Shown: positions 29,905 to 41,296, counted from the first letter of the stretch. The stretch is DNA of 64,000 bases from Nitrospinia bacterium (GCA_029261715.1 JAJDAT010000049.1:296778-360777), one strand, 5' to 3'. Program-made: numbers and translations. Notes: generated from the letters alone by a model not told the origin.

Positions 29905-30957
29905 TTATTTTCCTTGCAAGGCGGGAGGCATTTGCCCAAGAGGTAAAATAGGCAAAACATTCCCTGTACTTGAGCCGACCACAAATTTTTTCATATTAGG
30001 AAGGATTTCTTCCATAGTTTCCAAATAAATCCTTTTCCGTGTAATATCTGGAGCTTTTTTATATTCTTCATATAACGCTAGAAAACCTTGAGTGTCACCT
30101 TGTGCTCTCTGGATTTTTTCCTCTTTGTAACCTTCCGCTTGTCGAACGATCTGCGCAGACTTACCACGAGTTTCAGGAATTACTGCTTTTCGATAACCCT
30201 GAGCCTGGTTGATCATGCGTTCTTTATCTTCTCTAGCGCTTACAACATCTTTAAAAGACGCGGCTACCTGAGTTGGAGGATGGACATCTTGTAACTGTGT
30301 CGTAACTATTTGAATGCCCGCTTTGTATTTATCTAATAAACTTTGTATTTGATCTTTCGCAAGAACTTGAATCTCACTTTTCCCCGTGGTTAGGGCTTCG
30401 TCAATATTCTTACTACCAACAATGCCGCGAATAGCTGTTTCGGCAACGTTGCGAATCAGTTTTTGGCGAGTTTCAATATTAAAAAGGTATTCAACGGCAT
30501 TGCGAATTTGGTATTGGACTACTAAATCAATATCGACAATGTTTTGATCGCCAGTTAACATCAAAGATTCAGCTGGGACGTCCCTAACTTTTTGAGGGGG
30601 ACCAGAGCTAAGAATTCGAAAACCAACTTCGATTCTTCTTACTTTTAAGACTTTAGGCGTATTAACGTGCTCAAAGGGGGATGGTAATTTAAAGTGTAAG
30701 CCTGGACCCGTTGAGCGAACATATTTCCCAAAACGAGTGACAACTCCTTCTTCGTCTGGTTGAACGGTATAGAAGACTCCTGGAACAAGCCAAATTGCTA
30801 ATAAAACCAACCCAGCCCCAAGAAACGTAGAGGGTTTTAGGTTCGGAATTTTAATCTGTGGAATTTCCATTTGTGGACCGCCCGAAGGGTTTTTTTTCGG
30901 GCCGCCTCCAGAACCTCCCGAAGGTCCTTTTGGATCGTGTAAATCATCCCAAGGCAT
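29905..30957 (-). CDS. hflK: FtsH protease modulator HflK
   Basis: MPW start, MLTGDQNIV, QDVHPP.QV, RIYLETME. Confidence 0.97.
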   Translation of the reverse strand: MPWDDLHDPKGPSGGSGGGPKKNPSGGPQMEIPQIKIPNLKPSTFLGAGLVLLAIWLVPGVFYTVQPDEEGVVTRFGKYVRSTGPGLHFKLPSPFEHVNTPKVLKVRRIEVGFRILSSGPPQKVRDVPAESLMLTGDQNIVDIDLVVQYQIRNAVEYLFNIETRQKLIRNVAETAIRGIVGSKNIDEALTTGKSEIQVLAKDQIQSLLDKYKAGIQIVTTQLQDVHPPTQVAASFKDVVSAREDKERMINQAQGYRKAVIPETRGKSAQIVRQAEGYKEEKIQRAQGDTQGFLALYEEYKKAPDITRKRIYLETMEEILPNMKKFVVGSSTGNVLPILPLGQMPPALQGK

Positions 30958-31041
30958 AGTGCATTATCCTTAATTGTAGTGAGCTTGGTACGCTAACAAA
31001 CCGGTAAAATATTGTCAAACTATATCTACGGGCGGTAATTT

Positions 31042-31905
31042 TCAATTGATATTTTTTTGTGAGTTAAGAATGGACTCCATTGTTCTTTCGGCTTCTTGAT
31101 AGTCTAAACCTCTAAATTGAAAGCCCATGAAATAGGAGTGATCGATCAATGTTTCTTCTTCGTCCATACCCGCCTGGTCAACATCGTATAAATACTCATA
31201 AATGGGATTTTCAACGGAAGTATAGAACAGTTCCAAATCTTTATCAGTTATCGGTTGACTCAATATTGTTTTAATCGAGTCCTCTTCAATGGAAAAACTA
31301 TCTTTGACTGTATTCAAAGCGTCTTGTTTAGATGAACCTTGCTCTATTTCGCCTGCAAGAGCGCTTTCAATTGTTCGGTTTCTCCTAGAGAACAAATAAT
31401 GTGTATATTGAGGCGGGCGACCTATCATAAAATCGAGGTTGAAGAAATGGAGTGAAATCCAATCGTCAAAGTCGACCTCAACATCTTTTGAGACATTATA
31501 ACTTTCAGCTTTTTCCGGAGAGTCTTTTAATAATTGATTGTATATTTTGCAAAACCGGTCAATGCAATCGTAAACAATTGCTTGATAGTATGCATTCATT
31601 CTGTACCAGTTATTTGTTGAGTTGTGACCATTAATTAGTTTACGCAACATCAACAAAATTTTATCTGAGTCGGCATATACAGAAGATAAAGGGAAAGCTG
31701 ATGTCAGGTAAGCTTTGATTTCTTCTTCGTTCCCACTGTCTAGAGCCCTTTGAAGATGTATTTTACCGTGATCTAAAGAATGGTAAACCAACATTTCATG
31801 GTTTAGCTTTCTCTGATACTCCATATATTCTTCTAGCTTAGGATCGTTGGACTCTTCTGGATGAGTATGGTCTGTCTTTGTTATATCTTTAGCGAAAGCG
31901 AGCAT
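31042..31905 (-). CDS. Hypothetical protein
   Basis: Long ORF; ATG at 31905 preferred over TTG at 31962; no family recognised. Confidence 0.8.
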   Translation of the reverse strand: MLAFAKDITKTDHTHPEESNDPKLEEYMEYQRKLNHEMLVYHSLDHGKIHLQRALDSGNEEEIKAYLTSAFPLSSVYADSDKILLMLRKLINGHNSTNNWYRMNAYYQAIVYDCIDRFCKIYNQLLKDSPEKAESYNVSKDVEVDFDDWISLHFFNLDFMIGRPPQYTHYLFSRRNRTIESALAGEIEQGSSKQDALNTVKDSFSIEEDSIKTILSQPITDKDLELFYTSVENPIYEYLYDVDQAGMDEEETLIDHSYFMGFQFRGLDYQEAERTMESILNSQKNIN

Positions 31906-32248
31906 AATTAAATTGTAATGATTGAAAACCCATATTCTCTCTCGAATGGATTTTGATTTCAAGCGTTTTTAAAATTGTCTTTAAACTTTAAAAGTTTAAA
32001 GCTTACTTAAATTAAAAAAATAACTCTAATTACTGGTAATTGGAAAGGCTCCCTGAAAATAGGGAATAGTTTTTTAAAAGTTAAATTTTTTCAATATTAA
32101 CCAAGTTTTTGTTAGTTATTTGAAAAAAATCAAAATACTCGGGCTTAATTTAAGCTAAAGAAGCAAAATGCAAGAACTGAGTTTCGAGGAAAAACATAAC
32201 GCAGGGGAAAGCTTTCTTAACTCACAAGATTAGCTTGCGCCAATTTAA

Positions 32249-32770
32249 TTATTTTTTTGATGGAGGGGATGTTGGTTCAGGTTTTATGAGCGGTCGAATG
32301 GATTGAGAGTAAAAACTTAAAATAGACGCAGTTTGTTTTCTATAATTTGAAATAGCTATTTTAGTTTGAGGGTCTATATTTTCTAATTGATTGAGGTCTT
32401 TTTCGGCTTTAAGGAAAGATTTCTTTAAGCTCTCAAATTGAGTTTTCGTATTAACAATTTCGCGATTTTTTTGGTGGTTAGTAATTAGTTGTTCTAATTC
32501 TTTGCCTTGTTGCTGGAGAGAATTGAATAGAGCGACTTCAATATTTCCAATATCTTGATTCAATTTACTTTGAAAACTCGAAAAGCTTTTTTCTAAACTT
32601 TCTAGCTGAACTTTTTGTAGAGTAGAGTTGGTATAAATGCCACCAACGAGTAAAAGTAAAATACCTGCATATAGAAGAATTTTTAACGATACGTATTCTT
32701 TTTTTCTTTCTTGAATTTCCTGGTCTAGTTTTTCGATTGATTTTTGAACTTCGGAAAAGTCGCTTTTCAT
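32249..32770 (-). CDS. Hypothetical single-pass membrane coiled-coil protein
   Basis: One TM (ILLYAGILLLLVGGIY) flanked by heptad-rich segments. Confidence 0.8.
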   Translation of the reverse strand: MKSDFSEVQKSIEKLDQEIQERKKEYVSLKILLYAGILLLLVGGIYTNSTLQKVQLESLEKSFSSFQSKLNQDIGNIEVALFNSLQQQGKELEQLITNHQKNREIVNTKTQFESLKKSFLKAEKDLNQLENIDPQTKIAISNYRKQTASILSFYSQSIRPLIKPEPTSPPSKK

Positions 32771-32856
32771 ATTCTATAAAAAAATTAAGAAGGTTACGTA
32801 AGGTCTATTTTTTTAGTCTTGGCTTATAAAAAAGTGAAATCAAACTTCTAATCTAA

Positions 32857-33630
32857 TTATGTCATTGAGTTTAAATAAAGCCATATTATTTGGTCGCCAG
32901 AAAAAATTGCGATGAGAGTGGCTCCCGCTAAAAAAGGTCCGAATGGAACTTTACTTTTTCGTCCTTTTTTCCCCAGAAGAATTAGGGGTAAACCATAAAT
33001 GGTGCCTAATAAGGAGCCAGAAAAAATAATTAATAAAGTATTTTTCCAAGCTAAAAGAGCTCCTACGGCTGCCATATATTTTATATCACCGCCTCCCATG
33101 CCTTTTCCACCGCTAAAAACCGCTATTAAATAGAAAAGACCTCCTCCTATGATAAAGCCAATGAGAGAGGGTAATAATCCATTCATGTATGAACCTGCGG
33201 CAAAGCCAAATAGTATCCCTGGAAGCGTGATGACATCTGGAATTATCTGATGTTTCCAATCAATGATTGTTATTACTACGAGAGTGGGAACAACTATTGA
33301 GAAAATCATGGTTTCCCAACTTAACCCAAATTTTAAGTAAACCCCCGCTAAAAGGATTCCAGTTATTAACTCTACTATCGGATAAATAATCGAAATTCTA
33401 GAGCTGCAATTTCTGCATTTACCAAGAAGAGTCAAATAGCCTAGCAGAGGGACATTGTCTCTCCAGGCAATTGGATTTTGGCAAGCAACGCAATAAGATG
33501 AAGGGAAAACGATAGATTCTTCGCGTGGCAAACGATAAATGCAAACATTACAGAAACTGCCTACCGCCAATCCAAATATAAAAAAATAAGTCGTTAATAG
33601 CCAAGTAGGAAGGGAATTAATAAATTCCAT
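32857..33630 (-). CDS. pilD: Type IV prepilin peptidase / N-methyltransferase
   Basis: GSFCNVCIYRLP, two CxxC, IDW..IIPD, GMGGGD, VPFGPFL. Confidence 0.96.
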   Translation of the reverse strand: MEFINSLPTWLLTTYFFIFGLAVGSFCNVCIYRLPREESIVFPSSYCVACQNPIAWRDNVPLLGYLTLLGKCRNCSSRISIIYPIVELITGILLAGVYLKFGLSWETMIFSIVVPTLVVITIIDWKHQIIPDVITLPGILFGFAAGSYMNGLLPSLIGFIIGGGLFYLIAVFSGGKGMGGGDIKYMAAVGALLAWKNTLLIIFSGSLLGTIYGLPLILLGKKGRKSKVPFGPFLAGATLIAIFSGDQIIWLYLNSMT

Positions 33631-33767
33631 TTTACGTAGCGAAAACTTTTTTTAGATTGATAGTTCTAGGCTTATTATTGATAAGGGTCATAAAAAATAT
33701 CAAAAACTATGTTTTGAATATAAAGGTTAATTCAATTAAAAAATATAATAGATGAAACTATTGAGAT

Positions 33768-34259
33768 CTAAAATTTAGAATGTTGAATTCTATTCGGCAA
33801 ACTTTTTATGACAGTTAAAACAACGCTGTCGCAATATCCTTTTCGCTTCAGTTTGTGAATTAATTTTTTCTTAAACTTTTCTGGCTCTTGCGAACTCATT
33901 TGAGATAAAAATTTTTCGGCAAATAGTTTGGCTAAATTTAATTCTTCGTTTTCTTTAAACAAGGCTATTAGCGCTTGAGAAGCATTTTCAGATGATATTC
34001 CTCTTCTGATTAATTCGTTTTCAATTCTTAATTTACCTTCTTTTTTAAAGTTTTTACGATATTCAGCGTAGCTTAAGGCTAACTTTTTGTCATTTAAGTA
34101 GTCTAAGTTTTCTAAATATTCTAAGGTGTTTACTATCGCTGTTTTGTCGAAACATTTTTGTGTTAGATAGATTTCTATTTCTTTTACAGAGCGAGGTTTC
34201 CTCGCAAGATATTTTAAAGCTAGCTTTTTGCTTTTATTTAAATCTGAATCATTGTTCAT
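33768..34259 (-). CDS. recX: Regulatory protein RecX
   Basis: AL.YL..PRS..E, YLND, G..RI..EL..RG, L.RKGY; downstream of recA. Confidence 0.93.
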   Translation of the reverse strand: MNNDSDLNKSKKLALKYLARKPRSVKEIEIYLTQKCFDKTAIVNTLEYLENLDYLNDKKLALSYAEYRKNFKKEGKLRIENELIRRGISSENASQALIALFKENEELNLAKLFAEKFLSQMSSQEPEKFKKKLIHKLKRKGYCDSVVLTVIKSLPNRIQHSKF

Positions 34260-34319
34260 TGATACCAGATGTTTAAATAGATTTTTAAAACCAAAAGTCT
34301 AAATAAAGTAAGGAATAGT

Positions 34320-35411
34320 TTAACTGTCCTTTTTACCTTTTTTCTTTGTTTCAGGAGCTTCCGATGGTTCCAATGGTTCCGGATGTTCCACTTCGGATAC
34401 AGTACCATCATGGGATGGAATTGCTAATTTTTGACGAATAGCGATTTCTACTTCTTTGAGGACATCTTTGTTTTCTCTAAGGAAACTTTTAGCATTTTCC
34501 CTACCTTGGCCAATTCGTGTTTCTTTATATGAATACCAGGTACCGCTTTTTTTGATCAAATCGTGAGCTACTCCAAGGTCTAAGATGTCTCCCTCTTTTG
34601 AAATGCCTTTTCCATATAGGATATCAAATTCACAATCTCTAAAAGGAGGAGCTACTTTATTTTTGACAACTTTAACTCGAGTGCGGTTTCCTATAACACT
34701 ATCCCCATCTTTTAAAGCCGCAATACGACGAATGTCTAACCGAACAGAACAATAAAACTTTAGAGCGTTTCCACCAGTTGTGGTTTCAGGGTTGCCAAAC
34801 ATGACGCCTATTTTCATTCTTATTTGGTTAATAAAAATAAGTGAGCAGCGCGATTTACTAACAACTCCGGTTAATTTTCTCATTGCCTGAGACATTAATC
34901 TAGCTTGTAGGCCCATATGGGAGTCTCCCATATCGCCGTCTAATTCAGCTTTTGGAACTAAGGCGGCAACAGAATCTACTACCACTACATCTACAGCTCC
35001 GCTTCTCACTAAGACTTCGGCTATTTCAAGAGTTTGTTCTCCTGTATCAGGTTGAGATAGCAACAGATCATCCAGATTGACTCCCAAGTTTTGCGCATAA
35101 TGTGGATCTAATGCATGTTCGGCGTCGATAAAAGCTGCTACTCCTCCTGCTTTTTGGGCTTCGGCGATAACGTGAAGCGTAAGGCTGGTTTTTCCGGAGG
35201 ATTCTGGACCAAAAATTTCGGTGATTCTTCCTCGTGGAACTCCGCCAACACCTAGCGCTGAGTCTAAAGAAATAGACCCTGTAGAAATAACTTTAATTCC
35301 TCTTTGAGCTTCGGCTTGGCCTAATTTCATTATAGAGCCTTTACCAAATTGTTTTTCAATTTGCATAAACGCCATTTCCAAAGCTTTATTTTTGTTGTCG
35401 TCCGACGCCAC
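34320..35411 (-). CDS. recA: Recombinase RecA
   Basis: [34 protein letters not shown]. Confidence 0.99.
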   Translation of the reverse strand: MASDDNKNKALEMAFMQIEKQFGKGSIMKLGQAEAQRGIKVISTGSISLDSALGVGGVPRGRITEIFGPESSGKTSLTLHVIAEAQKAGGVAAFIDAEHALDPHYAQNLGVNLDDLLLSQPDTGEQTLEIAEVLVRSGAVDVVVVDSVAALVPKAELDGDMGDSHMGLQARLMSQAMRKLTGVVSKSRCSLIFINQIRMKIGVMFGNPETTTGGNALKFYCSVRLDIRRIAALKDGDSVIGNRTRVKVVKNKVAPPFRDCEFDILYGKGISKEGDILDLGVAHDLIKKSGTWYSYKETRIGQGRENAKSFLRENKDVLKEVEIAIRQKLAIPSHDGTVSEVEHPEPLEPSEAPETKKKGKKDS

Positions 35412-35451
35412 CTTTAACCTCCTATTTACGAGCTAAAATGCAAAATTAAGT

Positions 35452-36021
35452 TTAGTTTTTTAATGAACTACTAAAAAGTTTAGTGTATTCCGCGCCTTTG
35501 GGAGCTAATGAACTTTTAAAAAGTTTAATCTCCGAAATTTTAATTAAATGGTCTAGAGGAACGCTAAATTTTTCGATTTCTTTTTTCAATAGATTTTTAT
35601 TACTGGGAGATCTAAGTCTTGCTAATGTGAGGTGAGGAGAAAATGGTTTCATATCTCTAGGAAAACCCACATTAGATAATTCCAATTCTAATCGCTTTTT
35701 AAGTTTTTTTAAAATTTCTTCCTTATTGTCCAAACCTATCGAAAGAATTTGAGGTCGATTCCAACTTGGAAAAATACCTAAATTGGAAAGTCTTAAGTTA
35801 AAAGAAGAGAATGCCAATGCTGTCTTGTTTATAGGATCAAATACTTTTGAAACTTGATTTGTTTCCACGTCACCTAGAAACTTCAAGGTTAAATGAATAT
35901 TCTCCGGCTTAACCCAAGAGGCGTTTAAACTAAGTTGTTTAAATTGATCTTGCAGCTCTCTTAACTCTCTGGTCAATTTTTGATTGAAGCTAACAGCGAT
36001 AAAAACCCGAATGGTTTCCAC
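35452..36021 (-). CDS. thpR: RNA 2',3'-cyclic phosphodiesterase (LigT family)
   Basis: Two HxT motifs (HLTLKFLG, PHLTLAR); upstream of recA. Confidence 0.95.
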   Translation of the reverse strand: METIRVFIAVSFNQKLTRELRELQDQFKQLSLNASWVKPENIHLTLKFLGDVETNQVSKVFDPINKTALAFSSFNLRLSNLGIFPSWNRPQILSIGLDNKEEILKKLKKRLELELSNVGFPRDMKPFSPHLTLARLRSPSNKNLLKKEIEKFSVPLDHLIKISEIKLFKSSLAPKGAEYTKLFSSSLKN

Positions 36022-36405
36022 TTGAAAAACTAAAAAGGAACGTCGAAGTTCTTAAAATTAAGGAAGTTTTTAAAAATTTTCGTTTTTTTGAATTGGCTAC
36101 TATCTTTTTCATTATTCGTTAAGAATAAAGTTTGGAACTTGAGAATCCTAAAAGTTCTCATCCAAGTTATAGCTTTCGAAATGCTAAATGGCAAGGGAAT
36201 TATGGACCTATTTTCTACCTTATTTGAATTAGAAAAAAAAGGGTTTTAAACATTAACATGAGAATTCAAAATTAATGGTATTTCAAGGTGTTATCTGCTA
36301 TTTTCATAAAATAGAGAAATATGAATTCAAAAAAACAAAGCCATTTCCCTGTAAAAAACCTATTGCTGTTTTTTTATAAGTGTTTGTTGTCAATAAATTT
36401 GAGGA

Positions 36406-37431
36406 TTGATGTCTAGTTTAAAAGTTTTAATCGTAGAAGACAGTTTAATGGTTCAGGAAGTTTTAAAGGAAATACTTTCTTCCGATCCAGAAATTGAAGT
36501 GGTTGGAGTCGCTGGAAATGGTCAAGAAGGAATCCAAAAAGTCGAAAAATACAAGCCAGATATTATTACGCTTGATATCAATATGCCAATAATGAATGGT
36601 TTGGATGCCATTGAGGAAATAATGGGAAGTCAGCCGCTTCCAATTTTAGTCGTTTCTAGCTCGGAAGACGCCAAAACGGCTTTTGACGCTTGTTCTAGGG
36701 GAGCGTTAGAGGTATTTCCTAAGAGTAAACTCGATGCCGCTAGGGCAGACGTTTTAATTCACAAAGTTAAATTATTATCCAAAATAAAAGTTATTCGTCG
36801 ATTTAAGAAGAGAAACAGCAGAGTTGCAATTCCAGATTTCAATACGGCGCCAGCAACTGAATCGAAGTTTGAAAAAGTAGTGGCTATAGCTTGTTCCACC
36901 GGAGGACCAAAGGCTCTTTCGGTTATTTTATCTGAGTTAAGTCCTCAATACCCTTTCCCAATAGCAATTGCGCAACACATGGAAAATGGTTTTGGAGAGG
37001 GTTTTGCGGCTTGGTTAAACGACATCTCAACTAATCCTGTTTGTGAGGCTAAAGAAGGAGATTATTTGGCTTCTGGGAAAGTATATGTTTGTCCCCCTGA
37101 ATCTAATATGCAAGTTGCAACAGATGGGAGAATAAGTTTTCTTGGTGTCAATGAAATGAATTCTTTCAGGCCGTCTTGCGATATTTTATTAGCCTCTTTA
37201 GCGTATTCATTTCGAGAGAAAAGTGTTGGATTGATATTGTCAGGAATGGCAGATGATGGAGTAGCTGGAATTGAAAAGATTAAAACTAGCGGCGGGACAA
37301 CCATTGCTCAGGATGAAGAAAGTAGCGTTGTTTTTGGTATGAATTCGCGGGCAATCAATGCGGGAGTTATCGAAAGAGTTTTGCCATTAAACGAAATCGC
37401 AATGTATCTCAATCAAATAGCAAAGAGATAG
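36406..37431 (+). CDS. cheB: Chemotaxis response regulator protein-glutamate methylesterase
   Basis: REC domain plus IACSTGGP, IAQHM, SGMADDG. Confidence 0.97.
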   Translation: MMSSLKVLIVEDSLMVQEVLKEILSSDPEIEVVGVAGNGQEGIQKVEKYKPDIITLDINMPIMNGLDAIEEIMGSQPLPILVVSSSEDAKTAFDACSRGALEVFPKSKLDAARADVLIHKVKLLSKIKVIRRFKKRNSRVAIPDFNTAPATESKFEKVVAIACSTGGPKALSVILSELSPQYPFPIAIAQHMENGFGEGFAAWLNDISTNPVCEAKEGDYLASGKVYVCPPESNMQVATDGRISFLGVNEMNSFRPSCDILLASLAYSFREKSVGLILSGMADDGVAGIEKIKTSGGTTIAQDEESSVVFGMNSRAINAGVIERVLPLNEIAMYLNQIAKR

Positions 37432-37434
37432 TTA

Positions 37435-38925
37435 ATGACTATTGAAACGATTAATCAGGGAATAGATGTTTTGCCTTTTAGGCAACTTTTGATTGATCGA
37501 ATATCTACGGGGTACAAAGAAGATACGTTGAATCAATTGCCTGCGGCAATAGTTCAGCGGATGGAATTGAATCAAATAATTAAACCGGCTGAATATTTTT
37601 TTCTTTTACAGAAAGACAACGCTGAATTTACAAAGTTAGTAAACTTGTTAACTGTAAATGAAACCTATTTTATGAGAGAACAGGGGCACTTTAATGTTCT
37701 AGTTAACCGTTTATTCCCGGAATTTATCAAAAATAGAAAAGGTAACGAAAAGTTTAAAATATTGAGTGCAGGATGCTCTTCTGGGGAAGAGTTGTATTCC
37801 GCTTTGATTTCCTTAACTTTAAAGTTTGGCAAAGAAATATTAAAAACGATACATGCCGAGGGAGTTGATATTGACTCTGAAATATTAGAAAAAGCTAAAA
37901 AAGGAATTTATTATCAAAATTCTTTTAGGAATGTTGATACTTACTTTATCGACGCTTTTTTCTCAGAATATGAAGAGCAATATAAAATTAACGAAAATTT
38001 TTTAGATTCTGTTTTTTTTAGTCAAGTGAACCTTGCGGACTCAAGTTTCTCATTTGATTCAAAGTGGAACGTGATTTTCTACCGCAATGTTTCGATCTAT
38101 TTCGTTCCAGAAATTAGAAAAGAAATATTTAATAATTTGGTAAATGCGTTGAAAGAACCAGGATATTTATTTACAGGGATTGTTGAAACAAGTCATCACA
38201 ACTTTGGTATTTTGCCGTTAGAAGAAATAGACGATCATTATTTATTTAATAAGAAAAGTGAATTTTTTAATAAAAATAGTATACGGCCTGATAAATTTAA
38301 GAAAGCTAAGCGAGATTTACCCTACAAAAAGAAGACTCAAAAATTATTTTCTGGTTCTCAGCAAGAAAAACTTAAGAAAGATAATTCAACAAGGAAAATA
38401 ACAAAGGAAGATTCCTATGAGGAAGCTTTTCAAAAAGCTTTGGGATTAGCTAAAAGAGGACAAAGACAAAAAGCTTTAGAGAGTATTGAAAGTATTTTTA
38501 CTAAATGGACTCCTAACGCCAACGATTATTTGTTACGCGCTAATATTTTAGTTAGTTTAGAGAAGTTGGATCAAGCTTTAACTGATTGTTTGACTGCATT
38601 GGAAATTGAAGAATGGAATCGCCAGGCATATTTGCTTTTGGGTATTATTTCTCGTTTGAAAAAAAATATTCCGGAAGCGGTTAAGCGCTTTAAAGGAGCT
38701 ATTTATATTGAATCGACCTGTTGGTTATCTCATTTTTATCTTGCCGAGATATTTATAGAAAATGAGAACTTTAGGGACGCAAAAAGAGAATATGGAATAT
38801 CGCGAAAGCTGTTATTAGAATCGGGTAGCTCTGAATGTGGTTTGATGATATTTCCTCTTTCATTTAATCAGGAGCAGCTAGTCCATCATTGTGAACGCAA
38901 ATTAGGCGAACTGGAAAAGCGCTAA
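37435..38925 (+). CDS. cheR: CheR methyltransferase with C-terminal TPRs (WspC-like)
   Basis: NETYFMRE, SAGCSSGEE, IFYRNV.IYF, then TPRs. Confidence 0.95.
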   Translation: MTIETINQGIDVLPFRQLLIDRISTGYKEDTLNQLPAAIVQRMELNQIIKPAEYFFLLQKDNAEFTKLVNLLTVNETYFMREQGHFNVLVNRLFPEFIKNRKGNEKFKILSAGCSSGEELYSALISLTLKFGKEILKTIHAEGVDIDSEILEKAKKGIYYQNSFRNVDTYFIDAFFSEYEEQYKINENFLDSVFFSQVNLADSSFSFDSKWNVIFYRNVSIYFVPEIRKEIFNNLVNALKEPGYLFTGIVETSHHNFGILPLEEIDDHYLFNKKSEFFNKNSIRPDKFKKAKRDLPYKKKTQKLFSGSQQEKLKKDNSTRKITKEDSYEEAFQKALGLAKRGQRQKALESIESIFTKWTPNANDYLLRANILVSLEKLDQALTDCLTALEIEEWNRQAYLLLGIISRLKKNIPEAVKRFKGAIYIESTCWLSHFYLAEIFIENENFRDAKREYGISRKLLLESGSSECGLMIFPLSFNQEQLVHHCERKLGELEKR

Positions 38926-38935
38926 AACTTTACCT

Positions 38936-41296
38936 ATGGCTTTTGATAAGAAAAAATTCATTCATAAATTTGTTGATGAAGCCAACGATCATATAGACAG
39001 GCTGAACGAAGGTTTAGTGAGTTTGGAATCTAATCCTGGGGATGAAGAAACCGTAAGCGAAATCTTTCGATCTGCGCATACTATTAAGGGTTCTTCTAGA
39101 ATTTTAGGATTAATTTCTATAAGTGTAGTAGCGCATAAACTAGAAGACGCTCTTTCGGCTTTAAGAGATGGAAAGATTTCTCAAAGCAAAGTTTTATTTA
39201 ATTTGCTTTTTAAAGCTGCTGATTTGATCTCGGAGTTTGTTCAAAGAGTTCAAGAAGGCGAGGAAGTTGAAGATGATACCACTGAAATTTGTGAACGTTT
39301 AGAAAAGGCCGCTTTAGGCGAACTAGAAGATGAGGCTGTTACCGAACCGCCTCCAGAAAAAATAGTTGAAAAAGCTGAAGAAAAAGAAAGTTCCTTTAAC
39401 AAAATAGAAAAGGAAGAATCTCTTGAAGAAGAAACTCCTGTTGTTAAAACAACCACTGAGCAAGTTTCTTTAAAAAAAGAATCTTCCCCCCCATCAGATG
39501 TATCTGTTCCTAAAGACGTTTCAGTCTCTCCGTCTTCTCCTAAACCCCAAGCGCAAAAACCACTAAAGAAACCTCGAGTTTCTGAGACAGTTCGAGTCAA
39601 AACGGAAAAGTTAGATGAAACAGTTAATTTAATGGGTGAAATTGTTTCCAATCATATCCGTTTAAAGCAAAACTGGGTTGATATAAACGAAATAGGAAAA
39701 GTTTCTAAGAAATACTTAGAAACCTTTTCAGGTTTTACGTATGAAGACGGGAAGCTAAGTTCAGAGGATAGTCGTGATCTTTTTGAACAATTTCAGGGCA
39801 TTTATGGGAAGTTAAGGCAACTTTCAGTTTGGACCAAAGATGTTTTAAATTTTCAGACTTTATTGACAGATCAGTTGCGTGAAAAAGTTTTGAAAATGAG
39901 AATGTTACCTTTGTCCACTGTCTTAGACGCTTTTCCAAGAATGGTCCGCGACATATCTTCTACATGCAATAAAGAGGTTAATTTTTTAGTCGAAGGCGGA
40001 GAAACTGAGCTAGATAAAAAAATTATAGAAAAAATTGGAGACCCATTATTACATATGATCCGCAACAGCGTCGATCATGGTATTGAAGCTCCTGCCGATA
40101 GAATACGGGATGGTAAGCCTGAAGCTGGAACCATTAGATTAAAGGCTTCCTATGAAGGCGGTAATGTTTTGCTTGAATTGCGCGACGATGGTCGTGGAAT
40201 TCCTTTGAGAAAGATCAAGGAAAAAGCCTTGGCAAAAAAAATGTTTGGTGAAGAAATGCTGAACAATATGACCGAAAATGAAATCGTTAATTTGATTTTT
40301 AGACCCGGGTTTAGCACTAGCGCTGCAATTACGGATGTTTCGGGACGGGGAGTAGGAATGGATGTCGTTCGAGAAAACATCGTTATGAACTTAAAGGGAT
40401 CTATTCAGGTTGAAACGGTAGAAGGGAAAGGAACTTGTTTTTTTATAAGGTTGCCGTTGACCCTTGCCGTAATGCGCGTTTTACTGATTTCTGTTTCAAA
40501 TCACAAGTTTGCTCTTCCTTTAGACTCGGTTAAAGAAATAGTTAAAGCAAGTAAAGAGCAAATAATTAAGGTCGTAGATAAAAGAGCGATTTCTTTGAGG
40601 GACGAAATCATTCCTATTGTAAATTTGGACTTTGCTCTAGACTTGCCTGTAAAAAGTAATGGACAGTCAGAAGAAGTTAATATTGTGCTTGTAGAGATGG
40701 GAAACGAATGCTTAGGACTAGTGGTTGATACAATTTTAAGCGAAGAAGATATGGAAATTAAATCTCTACCCAACCACATGAAAAATAATGAAATAGTTTC
40801 AGGAGTTACTTTGTCGGGTAAAAACGAAGTTGTGCTAGCTCTACACGTGCCTAAATTGTTTTTTATTGCTAAGGACGAAAATCCCGATAAATTGACTCCA
40901 GAATCCGAAGTCAATTTTATTGAAGAACAAAAACATAATATATTAGTTGTTGACGATTCCGAAAGCGCTCGCGAAGTGCAAAAGAGTATTTTAGAGTCTT
41001 TTGGCTATAAGGTTGCGCTTGCTGTGGATGGTGTAGATGGGTATAAGGTAGCGCAGGAGAAACAATTCGATTTAGTGATATCCGATATTGAAATGCCGAG
41101 GATGAATGGATTTGAATTTATCAAGAAACTAAAGATGGAAGATTCCTATCGACACACGCCAGTTATTGTCGTTAGTTCACGGAATGAAGAATTATATAAA
41201 AGGAAGGGAATGCAGGCTGGCGCTGATGCATTTATTGTAAAAAGCGGATTTGATCAATCTAAATTGTTGAAAATGGTGCAAAACTTAATACATTAA
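38936..41296 (+). CDS. cheA: Hybrid CheA histidine kinase with C-terminal receiver (WspE-like)
   Basis: HPt FRSAHTIKG, RNSVDHGIE, DDGRG, SGRGVGMD, CheW domain, REC domain. Confidence 0.97.
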   Translation: MAFDKKKFIHKFVDEANDHIDRLNEGLVSLESNPGDEETVSEIFRSAHTIKGSSRILGLISISVVAHKLEDALSALRDGKISQSKVLFNLLFKAADLISEFVQRVQEGEEVEDDTTEICERLEKAALGELEDEAVTEPPPEKIVEKAEEKESSFNKIEKEESLEEETPVVKTTTEQVSLKKESSPPSDVSVPKDVSVSPSSPKPQAQKPLKKPRVSETVRVKTEKLDETVNLMGEIVSNHIRLKQNWVDINEIGKVSKKYLETFSGFTYEDGKLSSEDSRDLFEQFQGIYGKLRQLSVWTKDVLNFQTLLTDQLREKVLKMRMLPLSTVLDAFPRMVRDISSTCNKEVNFLVEGGETELDKKIIEKIGDPLLHMIRNSVDHGIEAPADRIRDGKPEAGTIRLKASYEGGNVLLELRDDGRGIPLRKIKEKALAKKMFGEEMLNNMTENEIVNLIFRPGFSTSAAITDVSGRGVGMDVVRENIVMNLKGSIQVETVEGKGTCFFIRLPLTLAVMRVLLISVSNHKFALPLDSVKEIVKASKEQIIKVVDKRAISLRDEIIPIVNLDFALDLPVKSNGQSEEVNIVLVEMGNECLGLVVDTILSEEDMEIKSLPNHMKNNEIVSGVTLSGKNEVVLALHVPKLFFIAKDENPDKLTPESEVNFIEEQKHNILVVDDSESAREVQKSILESFGYKVALAVDGVDGYKVAQEKQFDLVISDIEMPRMNGFEFIKKLKMEDSYRHTPVIVVSSRNEELYKRKGMQAGADAFIVKSGFDQSKLLKMVQNLIH

